From IMG/VR virus record IMGVR_UViG_642918881_000001, positions 5,905 through 69,904 of that record: a stretch of DNA of 64,000 bases; one strand, given 5' to 3'. Source of the stretch: a virus. Taxonomy: Duplodnaviria > Caudoviricetes. The notes under the pieces are model-generated. The model was not told the DNA's origin. It was given only the letters and a program-made list of their open reading frames with translations, and searched no databases. The translations under genes were made by a program, and so were the position numbers. Below are positions 9,384 through 19,300 of the stretch, in pieces (within the stretch, counting starts at the first letter, position 1; the number at the start of each line of letters is the position of its first letter).

Positions 9384-10190
9384 ATGCCTGGCATCCAGCC
9401 CGTTAAGGGCACGCGGCTTCGTGCCACGAAGATCAACGGCTGCGGTATGCCGATTGCCGGTCCCCGCAACCGCCTCGTCACGTCCGGCTATGTCAGCCTG
9501 ACCCTTACCGCAGTGATGCGGGAGGCCCAGGACTTGACGCAGGACAACGCCGAGGGCAAGGAGTGCTTTACCGACCGCACGCCGCCCGAGCGCCGGTGGT
9601 ACACCCCGGCCCTGGAGCTGTGCAACGTGAACACCGGTCTGCTGACCATGTTCACCGGCTGGGAGTCGGTGCTTGACGCCAACGACCTGCCCGTTGGCTA
9701 CCGCGACCAGAAGGAAATCGAGACCGACTTCGGCATTGCGCTGGAGCTGTGGACCAGCGGCAAGTCCGACGAGGACTGCGCCGACATCCCCACTTCGGAC
9801 GCCGTGTTCGCCGCTGCTGGCAGCGGCCGGAGCTACGGCTACTTCCTGTTCGGCGGCACCGAGTGGACCCCTGGTGACATCACCATCGGCGCTACTGTGT
9901 CGACCTTCACCCTGACCGGCCGCACCATCGCGCTGCCGTACTGGGGCAAGGGTCCGTACAACGTCCAGGAGGACGAGACCGGCGACCCCGGCCGTCTGGT
10001 GACGCCCACCAGCAAGAAGGAGCACCTGACCGTGTTCCGCACCATGGTGCCCCCGCCGGAGCCGACGCCGGGCACCGAGCCCGTGCCGCTGGCGACCAGC
10101 ACGTTGTTCGTCGCGCCGGACTTCTATTACGGTGGCCCGGCTGCCGAGCCGCCCGCCGCCGTCGCACCGGAGCAGCCCGCGATCCCGTAG
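9384..10190 (+). CDS. major tail protein
   Basis: AGGAGG RBS before ATG 9384; VKGTRLRATKINGCG motif typical of actinophage major tail proteins; followed by a terminator. Confidence 0.85.
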   Translation: MPGIQPVKGTRLRATKINGCGMPIAGPRNRLVTSGYVSLTLTAVMREAQDLTQDNAEGKECFTDRTPPERRWYTPALELCNVNTGLLTMFTGWESVLDANDLPVGYRDQKEIETDFGIALELWTSGKSDEDCADIPTSDAVFAAAGSGRSYGYFLFGGTEWTPGDITIGATVSTFTLTGRTIALPYWGKGPYNVQEDETGDPGRLVTPTSKKEHLTVFRTMVPPPEPTPGTEPVPLATSTLFVAPDFYYGGPAAEPPAAVAPEQPAIP

Positions 10191-10213
10191 GCTGCCTGGC
10201 ATCAGCGAAGCAA

Positions 10214-10248
10214 CAAACCGCCCCGGTCATTGCGACCGGGGCGGTTTG
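10214..10248. terminator. bidirectional intrinsic terminator
   Basis: CAAACCGCCCCGGTC-ATTGC-GACCGGGGCGGTTTG, a perfect 15-bp stem between convergent genes. Confidence 0.85.
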
Positions 10249-10259
10249 CGTTGTGATGC

Positions 10260-10514
10260 TTAGACGGCTGCGGCCACCGCCTCGTTGACGAGCTTGTGGC
10301 AGCTGTACCCGTTGCCGTACAGGGTGCGCACCTGGTGAGGGAGGATGCCCTGGGCCTCCAGGCGGGCAGCGGCACCGAGGGCAACCACTACGTCGTCGGT
10401 GGCGTGGACGGCGAGAATGGCGCGGGCCATACGAACCTCGTTGACCGGGCTGCCGGTGTGGGCGACGGCTTCGCGGATGCGGTATTCGAGGGCGGCAGCG
10501 GCGAGAGTGGACAT
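10260..10514 (-). CDS. hypothetical protein (leftward insert in structural operon)
   Basis: MSTLAAAALEYRIRE...; AAAGGAG RBS; has its own promoter cassette upstream. Confidence 0.75.
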   Translation of the reverse strand: MSTLAAAALEYRIREAVAHTGSPVNEVRMARAILAVHATDDVVVALGAAARLEAQGILPHQVRTLYGNGYSCHKLVNEAVAAAV

Positions 10515-10536
10515 TGGTGGCTCCTTTACCTGCGGC

Positions 10537-10598
10537 GGCGGGGCGGTCCCGCCTTGCTGATGTGAACACACTAACCCGCCTTAGTCGGGTAAGTCAAG
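10537..10598 (-). promoter_or_regulatory. repeated promoter/operator/5' hairpin cassette, copy 1
   Basis: Minus strand TTGACT-N18-TAGTGT; spacer ACCCG-ACTAAGG-CGGGT; downstream GGCGGG-ACCGC-CCCGCC hairpin. Confidence 0.85.
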
Positions 10599-10637
10599 AT
10601 GACCGATGCGCGCACTGCCAACCGATACCCTGGCGTC

Positions 10638-11381
10638 GTGGCTTTCACGTGGCCGGTCGACCGGTCTGACTTCCCGGCGCTGCCCGAGGAAACCGACCCT
10701 GGCTACGACCAGGCGGTGCTGGAGCAGCGTGCAGCAGCTGACCTGGCCGTGGCGGTGATGTGGGCGCTTACCGGCCGTCAGTGGGGCCTGTACGAGAACA
10801 CCGTTCGCCCGTGCCGTACCGAGTTCCCCAGCTGGCCGGGCTTCGCGCCGGGCGGCGTCACCAGCTACGTGCTCAGCTGGGAAGGCGACGGATGGGTGAG
10901 CTGGCCGTGCGGCTGCGTGGGCGCGTGCAAGGTGTCCGGCCCGCGCGCCGTCCACTTGCCCGGCCCGGTCTACGCCGTGACCGAAGTCAAGATCGCCGGA
11001 ACGGTGGTGCCACCGGCCGGGTACGTCACGGAGAACAACGTGCTCTATCGGGTCGGCGCGCCGTGGCCAGCGCAAGACCTCGGTCGGCCCCTTGGTGAGG
11101 CCCGCACCTGGGCGGTGACCTACCAGCGCGGCATCCCAGTGCCGGAGAGCTTCGCCGCGCTGACCGGGCTGCTGGCCAAGGAGTTCCTGGACGCGATCGA
11201 CAACGAGGGCCGGTGCCGCCTGCCCCGCACCGTGACCACCGCCAGCCGTCAGGGCGTGACGTACCGCGCCTACGATCCCCAGGTTATCTACGCCAACGGC
11301 AAGACCGGCTTGCCGGAGATTGACCTGGTGCTCGCTGCCGTCAACCCGAACGCGCTGATGTCCGCGCCTACGGTGGTCTGA
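10638..11381 (+). CDS. head-to-tail adaptor
   Basis: Motifs WALTGRQWG...VRPC, CRLPRTVTTASRQGVT and TGLPEIDL; GTG 10638 is preceded by TACCCT at 6 nt. Confidence 0.8.
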   Translation: MAFTWPVDRSDFPALPEETDPGYDQAVLEQRAAADLAVAVMWALTGRQWGLYENTVRPCRTEFPSWPGFAPGGVTSYVLSWEGDGWVSWPCGCVGACKVSGPRAVHLPGPVYAVTEVKIAGTVVPPAGYVTENNVLYRVGAPWPAQDLGRPLGEARTWAVTYQRGIPVPESFAALTGLLAKEFLDAIDNEGRCRLPRTVTTASRQGVTYRAYDPQVIYANGKTGLPEIDLVLAAVNPNALMSAPTVV

Positions 11382-11911
11382 TGACGCAGCCCTGCCGCAC
11401 CGACCCCGCCATGGAGGTCATCGGTGCCGTGACGACCACGCTGGCCGAGTTCTTCCGTAAGGACCAGCTGTGCCCGCCCATGGTGGGCGGCACCGCCAAC
11501 ATCCGATTCTTCGCTGGCGACGGCGCGCCGCTGGCCGCGTGGGACAGCCACGTCAGTCAGGGCTGCGACGAACCTTTCGTCTGGGTGCGCGCCCAGCGCC
11601 GCTACCGCAGCCGGGCGTTCCCGAACCCCACGGTGGAGGTCGGGAACTGCAAGCTGCTCAAGGTGATGCCGGTGGAGGTCGGCGTGGCCTGGTGCGCGGT
11701 GGTCGAACAAGAGCCCCGGTGGTCTGACTACGCCAAGGAGGCGGCGGTCAGCATGGACACCGCCTGGCGTATGGAGGAGGCGCTGTGTGCCGCCGCTGCC
11801 CAGCTGCTGCGCGACGACAGCGAGCGCCTGGTGGGAACTGACATCATCAACCCGTACGGTCCAGAGGGCGGCGTCATCGCTTGGATCGGCACCCTGTACG
11901 CCAGCTACTGA
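11381..11911 (+). CDS. head-tail connector / tail terminator-like structural protein
   Basis: Overlaps the adaptor stop; C-terminal PYGPEGGVIAW motif; synteny. Confidence 0.6.
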   Translation: MTQPCRTDPAMEVIGAVTTTLAEFFRKDQLCPPMVGGTANIRFFAGDGAPLAAWDSHVSQGCDEPFVWVRAQRRYRSRAFPNPTVEVGNCKLLKVMPVEVGVAWCAVVEQEPRWSDYAKEAAVSMDTAWRMEEALCAAAAQLLRDDSERLVGTDIINPYGPEGGVIAWIGTLYASY

Positions 11912-11922
11912 GGAGGACAACC

Positions 11923-12279
11923 ATGGCCAGGATCACCATTGAGGGCAGCCGCCTTTCGCCGAGCACGTTCCTGGCGGCGGGTGAGCGCGCCACCGTACAG
12001 CGCACCGAGCGCGTGGAACGCCTGCTTGCGCGGGGCTTCGTGGTGGAAGTGCCGGAGCAGCGCACCGTCACCGTCACCGAGGTGGTCACCGAGGTGGAGG
12101 CCGACAAGCAAGCCGCCCAGTCGCGTGAGGAGCTGGGCGTGCCACCGCGCAACGCCAGCCGCGACGACTGGGCGGAGTTCCTGGCCCAGCACCCCGGCGG
12201 CTTCGTCACCGAGGACAAGGACCGCGCCGCGCTCATCGCCGAATGGGATGCCTACGCGCCGCCGGTCGACGTGGAGTAG
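11923..12279 (+). CDS. hypothetical protein with C-terminal HeH-like motif
   Basis: GAGGAGG RBS; PPRNASRDDWAEFL...DRAALIAEWD. Confidence 0.7.
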   Translation: MARITIEGSRLSPSTFLAAGERATVQRTERVERLLARGFVVEVPEQRTVTVTEVVTEVEADKQAAQSREELGVPPRNASRDDWAEFLAQHPGGFVTEDKDRAALIAEWDAYAPPVDVE

Positions 12280-12282
12280 CCC

Positions 12283-12696
12283 GTGCCGGTAACCGCGCGC
12301 ATCCACATCAACGAGCCCGAGCTGGAGCGCCAGTCCGGCGCGATCTTCCGTGGTAAGCACCGCAGCCTGACCCGGCGCATTGCCACGCAGGCCCGCGCCG
12401 ACGTACCCGTGCGCACCGGCAACCTGGGCCGGACCGTCGGTGAGCTGCCGCAGCGCTACCGGCCGTTCCATGTGGACGGCGGTGTGGAGGCCACGGCCGA
12501 CTATGCGGCGGCGGTGCATGAGGGCAGCCGCCCGCACCGCATCGTCGCCCGGCACGCCCAGGCGCTGCACTTCTTCTGGCACGGGCGCGAGATATTCCGC
12601 AAGAGCGTCTGGCACCCCGGCGTCCGGTCAAGGCCCTTCCTGCGCAACGCTGCGCAGCGTATCGCCGCCGCTGACCCCGACATCCACATGACGTGA
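12283..12696 (+). CDS. HK97 gp10-like neck/tail-completion protein
   Basis: Motifs VPVRTGNL, YAAAVHEGS and HPGVRSRPFLRNA. Confidence 0.75.
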   Translation: MPVTARIHINEPELERQSGAIFRGKHRSLTRRIATQARADVPVRTGNLGRTVGELPQRYRPFHVDGGVEATADYAAAVHEGSRPHRIVARHAQALHFFWHGREIFRKSVWHPGVRSRPFLRNAAQRIAAADPDIHMT

Positions 12697-12751
12697 CTTT
12701 CCCGACCTTGGTGGTAGTCTCGCGGCCGAACCCCAAGCCTCGGGAGGGCCA

Positions 12752-13324
12752 ATGACCACGTTCGGATCGCAGGGCAAGATCGTTGCGCGTGCAGACGCCG
12801 CACCAGCCGAGGAGCAGCTGGTGCCGCCGGTTGACTACTGCGCACCGGACGACGACAAGGACGACCCGGCCCCCGACGTGGACGCAGTGCTGGCCGAGGT
12901 TGCCGCCGACAACGAACCGGAGGTGATCGTGGCCCCGCAGGACGTGCCCGCAGACCTGGCCGTGCAGGATGAGCCGGAGGACACCGGCAACGCTGTGGCC
13001 CTGGCCGTACGGTTCGACGTGACGACCACCGGCGAGGAGTGGAAGTACGACTACCTGGAGTTCCAGGGCGACAAGCTGGGCATCCGGCTGCCGACCCGGC
13101 AGGCGCTGGCGGCGTTCAGCCTGGCCAGCAGCAAGTACGTGTCCATGGGCGTGAAGAACGACCTGACCGGCCTGTTCATCGCCCGTCACCTGAGCCCCGA
13201 AAGCTACGGCCGGGTGTTCTCTCGCCTGATGGATCCCGACGACGCCGAGTACGACGTGGACACCGTGGGCGAACTCTTCAATGCGATTGTTACCGCCAGC
13301 ATCGAGGCAGACGAGCAGGAATAG
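12752..13324 (+). CDS. tail assembly chaperone
   Basis: Acidic 190-aa protein immediately upstream of the tape measure. Confidence 0.75.
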   Translation: MTTFGSQGKIVARADAAPAEEQLVPPVDYCAPDDDKDDPAPDVDAVLAEVAADNEPEVIVAPQDVPADLAVQDEPEDTGNAVALAVRFDVTTTGEEWKYDYLEFQGDKLGIRLPTRQALAAFSLASSKYVSMGVKNDLTGLFIARHLSPESYGRVFSRLMDPDDAEYDVDTVGELFNAIVTASIEADEQE

Positions 13325-13349
13325 CCACCTGCTGGGATAGCCTGGGCGC

Positions 13350-16300
13350 GTGACCGATGTCGGCAAGATCAGCCTTGGCGTTGAGATTCATGCCGACGAC
13401 CTGGCAGCAAAGCTGGGCGAGGCGGTGCGCCGGGCGGTTCTGCCGACGCTCGACAAGGTAAACCGCAAGCTCAACGAGGTACAGCGAGAGTACCGGAATA
13501 CCGGCAACGCAGCCGAACGCAGCGCCGACAAGCAGGTGCGCCAGCTGCGCCGCGTGGCCACCGAGGCAGCCGCCACCGCTGCGGCAGTGCGCGCCGTGCA
13601 AGGGGCCTACGGCAACGGACCCCGCCGAGACCCGGTGCCGCCCATCGACCGGCAGCGCCGCGCCACCGACAGCCTGGGCAACAGCACCCGCAGCGTTGCT
13701 GACGCTCAGCGAGAGCTGAACGAGGCCATCAACATCTTCGGGCGGCGCAGCCCCGTGGTGGAAGCTGCACAGCGCCGCCTGGCACGCGCCGAGGCTGCGC
13801 ATACCGCCGAGCTGGTGCGGGCGGCGGCGCGGTCGCGGGCGTCCACCGACAGCCAGGTCAACGATTACGAGCGCCTGGCACGTGAGGCCGAACGGTCGGC
13901 TGCTCGCCAAGCTGCGGCGGCTCGCGCTGCCGGTGGAGGTGGTGGCCGAGGCGGCGGTGGATCGGGCGGCGGCGGGCGTCGTGGCGTCCTTGGATTCCTC
14001 ACCGGCACCACGGGGCTGAACACCATTGCCCTGGGCGCGTCGGCGCTGCCCGCAGTGGCAACGGGCGTTGTCAATATCGTCGGCGCGGTACAGCAGCTCA
14101 GCCAGGCCGGGCTGGCGCTGCCCGGCATCTTCGCGGGCGCGGCCAGCTCCATCGGCATCGCGGTGGTGGGCTTCAAGGGCATGGGCGATGCCGTCAAGGC
14201 GCTCATGGACGCCGCCGACGACCCGGCCAAGCTGGAAGAGGCGAACAAGCAGCTGGAGAAGATGGCCCCGGCTGCCGCTGCGGTGGCGCGCGAGGTCGCC
14301 AAGCTGGCCGGACCGACCGGCCCACTAAAGCAGTTCCAGAAGGACATCGCGCAGCCGCTGTTCGCGGGTATTGACACGCAGCTGGACGACTTCACGAACA
14401 AGGTGCTGCCGCGCGTCAAGCCCGGCGCACAGAAGATCGCCGGGGCCTGGAACAACACCTTCTCGGAGGCCATGCGGGTCGGCGGCAGTGACAAGACGCT
14501 GGGCTTCATCGACCGCATTTTCGGCAACACGGCCGAGGGCCAGAACCGTGCGAACAAGGCCATCGCGCCGCTGACCAGTGCGCTGGGCCAGCTGGCCGCG
14601 ACCGGCAGTGACTTTCTGCCCCGGCTCGGTGATGCGATCACCAGCGTCAGCGAGCGGCTGGACAAGTTCATCAGCAAGAACGCCGCGAACGGCAACCTGT
14701 TCCGGTGGATTGACGAGGGCCTGAACGGTATGCGGGCCTTCGGAAACGCGGTCCTCAACGTCTTCAAGACCATCACGGGGCTGACCAAGGCGGCGGGCGC
14801 GCTCGACGGCAGCCTGTCCGGCGACGGCGGGTTCCTGGGCTGGCTGGAGCGCAGCACCAAGGCCATGAGCGACCTGACCAACAGCGCCAGCGGCCAGGCC
14901 AAGCTGACGGCGTTCTTCCGCGACGGCCGGGCCGACCTGGAGCGGTGGGGCGACCTGCTGCGCGACATCTGGCCTGCCATCCGCGAGGTGATCAAGGGCT
15001 TCCAGGCGTGGGGCGACATCATTTTCCCCATCATCAAGGCGGCGGGCAGTCTCGTCGGCAGCCTGGCCGAGGTGCCGGGGCTGCTCCAGGCGGTGCTGGT
15101 GGGCTTCTTGGCGTGGCGCACCATCGGCGGCATCGTCGGAGGCATCACCGGCAAGATCAAGGCCATGAACACCGCCGCAGCGGCGGGAGCTGGCGCAACC
15201 GGCGGCAAGGGACAGAGCGCCCTGCTGGGCGGCAGCCTGCTGCTGAGCGGCACCACCATGCAGCAGAACGCGGGCACCAGCACCACCAGCGGCGTGCTCG
15301 GGGCCTTGCAAACCATCGGCGGCGGCGCGGTGCTGGGCGGCACCATCGGCAGCGTGATCCCCGGCGTGGGCACGGGTATCGGCGCACTGGTGGGCGGTGG
15401 CCTGGGCGCGGCGTTGGCCGGGTACAACGCGCTGGTCAACCAGAACAAGATCGCTACCGAGGCGGCGGCTGCCGCAGCTGAAAAGTGGGCAGCCACCAAC
15501 GAGCGCAGCCACCAGGCCATGCTGCTGAACAGCCAGGCCATCAAGTCGATGAACGACGCCCTGGCCGAGTCCGGCGGCGCAATCGACACCGCAACCCTGG
15601 CGGCGGTGGGTGAGCAGGTCAACGCAATCCCCGAGAAGCTGGCCGGGGCCTACGACGAAAGCACGCTCAAGGGCATCGCCACCGCGCTGGGCGACGTGGG
15701 CATGACGACGGAGCAGATGGCTGCCACCATCACCGGCAGCCAGGGCCAGTTCGATGCGCTGATCGGGCGACTGAACGGCATGGGTCCGGCCGGGCAGATC
15801 GCCGCCCAGCAGCTGGCCAGCATCCGCGACAACACACTGGGCGCTGCCCAGAACGCCAGCGTGGCCGCGCCGCTGCTCCAGCAGCTGGCCGACAAGTTCG
15901 GCGGGCTGGCGGGCGCGCAGGTGGCAGTGGAGAACGCTTTCGCCGGTATTCCCACCGACGTGCCGATCAACATCAACATGCCCAACGGGCAGGCTGTGTT
16001 CGACATCCTCAAGGAAATCGGCGCGCAGATTCAGACCAACCAGGACGGGACGATCAACGTCACCGCCCCGTTGGCCCCGGCCGTGCTCGACCAGCTGCGG
16101 GCGCTGGGCATCCAGATTCAGCAGAACAAGGACGGCACTATCGTCGTCCAGATCGACCAGGCCCGCTACCAGGACACCATCGCCAAGCTGGGCACGGTCG
16201 GCCAGCTCTACGATGACCTGTTCCGTAAGTCGGGCGCGCTGCCGTTGCCGCCGGTACCTGGGGCACCGCCGCCCCGCAACAATGCGGCCGATCCATTCCA

Positions 16301-19300
16301 GCTGCCCCCGCCCCGGCCGGGCGGTGCCGACGGCATGGTCATCCCCGGCTACGCGCCAGGGCACGACATCGTGAACGCCGTGCTGGCCCCTGGCGAGGGC
16401 GTGCTGATCCCCGAGGCGGTGCGCGGGCTCGGTGGTCCGGCCGGGGTGTACGCGCTCAACAGCCGGTTCCGTAGCGGGCTGAGTAAGCGGTACTACGCCG
16501 ACGGCGGTGTGCATACCGGTAGCGGCGCATTGCCCGGCCCGCCGGGCGGCGAAACCGAGCTGGGCGTGCTCATGCAGATTCGTGACCTGTTGGCGGGTAA
16601 GGGCGGCGTCGGCGCGGTGGCCCAGACCGCCGCAGCCACCGACACCATCGCCAAGGCCAGTACGGAAACCAGCGGCCAGACCACGGGTCCGTTCGGTACG
16701 CCCATCAAGGCCCGCAACCGTGGCTACGAGGCAGCCGCTGCGGCCATCCAGGCGCTCGGTGGCGACCCTGAGAAGTGGATCGGGGCCGACCCCACCACAT
16801 ACGCCGCCCCGACCGCCAGCGGGGCGCTGGGCGGCACTACGGCGGCATTGCCGGGCATGGTCGACATCGCCGCGCTCCAGAAGTTCGCCATGACCGGCAA
16901 CGTGGCTGACCTGCCGCCGGGCATCTCACTGAACGACCCGGTGGTCACGGCCATCACAGGGGCTCGGAACAAGAAGAAGGGGCTGAGCGACCAGCAGATC
17001 AGCGACCTGATTGGCCAGGGCCTGGGACCAGGCGGGTACACCGGCACTCTCGACAGCGACAACACCAGTTTGGTAAAGGCGCTGGAACGGCTGCGCACCA
17101 AGGGCACCAAGGTGCCGGGCGGCACGGCGGCGGTGGCCGGATCCACTGGCGTGCCAACCTACGCGCTGCCTACCGGTGCCATGGGCGCAGCGCTGGACCC
17201 CATCAGCGCCTACGCCGCCAAGTACAGCGGCGGGCAGTACAGCTGGGGCGGTAGCGACCTGGCGGCGGGCCTGAGCGACTGCTCCGGCGCGGTGAGCGAC
17301 CTGGTGGAAATCATCACGCAGGGCCAGGCCACCAGCAAGCGTCTGTTCTCTACGGCCGACGCGGGCAGTGTGCTGTCCAGCCTGGGGGCGGTGTCCGGCG
17401 CGGTGCCGGGTGCGCTCCAGATCGGCTGGTCGGCCGAGCATATGCGGGCCACGCTGCCCAACGGCGTGGCATTCGAGAGCGGCGGCGGTACCGGCCAGGG
17501 CGCGACTTACGGCGGCAACGCCAAGGGTGCCGAGGGTATGCCGAACATCATGTCGCTACCGGTCAACGGCGTGCCGCTGGGCGCGGGCATGTCCGGCGCA
17601 CTGCCGGGCGGCGCAGCTGCGGCCGGTGGCGGCACTCCGGTGTTCGTCACCAACTGGCCGGGCGGCGGTCAGGGCCAGCTGCCGCCGGGTGTGAACCAGA
17701 TTCTCGGCGGACTCACGCAGGGCGGTGGCCAGGCGGCGCAGAACGTGCTCGGTGATGTGATGGGCGCGGTGGCCGGTGTCGGGCAGGAGGGCTGGGCCAC
17801 CAAGGGCGCGACCTACGCGCAGCTGAACCAGCTGGTCCAGGAAGGTAACCCGCTGGCGCTGGCCAAGGCGTTCGGTCTGAACGTGGAGGACTTCACCCGC
17901 CAGGGCGGTGCGGGTACCGACGTAGAGAAGAACGACCAGGCTTACGACGCGAGCGGCCGGTTGTTCTCGGACACGTCGGCCCTGTTCGACCGCACCCTGA
18001 CCAGCCTGAACGCGCAGCTCCAGGCCATGCGCGAACAGATGGTCGGCGTGATCGAGCAGGTTAGCCAGAAGCTCAACGACAGCGCCCTGGAGCCGGTCGT
18101 GAAGGCCGGTGTGCAGAGCGCGCTGGAGGGCCTGAAAGACAGCGTGTCGAACGCCATCGGTACCGCGATGGGCAACGCAGCCGCGCCGCCCATTGCCGAC
18201 GCGGTGAGCAGTGCCGTGGCCAGCCTGCCTATCGACAACACCGGCAGCGGCAACGTCGGCGGCAACCTGGCTGGCGCGGCCACGGGCGTCATCGGCATGG
18301 CGGGCGGTGGCCCGGTGTCCGGCGGCGTGGCCGGTAAGGACAGCGTGCCCGCGCTGCTGATGCCCGGCGAGTTCGTGCTGAACACGATGGACGTGGCCCG
18401 CATGGGTGGCACCCACGGCGTGGAGGCTGCCCGGCGTAAGGGCTTCCGGCATTACGCCACGGGCGGCGGCGTCATCGGTAACGACACCGTGGGCGCGGAC
18501 TTCTTTGGAGTGTCCGAGGTGCCCATTATCGGGGCCATTGTGAACCTGCTGGTGCGGGTATTGCTCCAGGTCATCGGCGTGGAAATTGAAGTGCGCGACA
18601 CGATGAACGAAATGTCGAGCGACTTCCGGCAATTCCGTGGTGACGCATTTAAGGCGTTCGACGCTCAGGGCCGGTTGCTGAACGACACCAGCGGGCTTAT
18701 CGAGCGCACGCAGTCGAGCGAGGAAACCGCAGCTGAGGAGCGCATTCGCATCCTCAAAATTGTTATCCAGGCGCTTATCAAGTACATCATCGAGAAGGTG
18801 ATTGTGCCAATTACCAAGGCGGTGGCGAACGCGGCTATCCAGGCCGGTGCCAGCGCTGCGGGTGCGGCGGTGAATACGCAGGCACCTGGTGCCGGTGGAA
18901 TTGTCAGCTCGCTTATTTCCAGTGCGGGCCAGGCCGGTGTCGACATCGCCGCCGAGGTCGGTACGGACTTTGCGCTGGCCATCAGCGAAACGCTGATCGA
19001 CATGGTAGGCGACCAGCTGCAATCGTCGTTCCCCGACCTGGTGAGCGGCGTGTTCGGTGGCGGCGCACTGGCCAGCATCTTCGACCCGGCGGGTGGCTTC
19101 CTGGGCACTCTGATCGGGGGCCTGCTGGGCAGCATTACCGCGATCTTCGGTGGGCTGTTCGGCGGGGCCAGCACGTTGATCCCCGGCCAGTCGTTCGACC
19201 AGGGCGGGCTGGCCATCGGCGAGGGCTACCTGCCCAAGGCCACCGCCGAACCCGAGCTGGTACTGAGCCCCACTGAGACGAGCCTGTTCAGCCGGTTCGT

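Noticed and set aside
13290-13350. Programmed frameshift at the canonical tail chaperone
   Set aside because: No slippery heptamer is seen and there is no room for a T ORF before the tape measure start.
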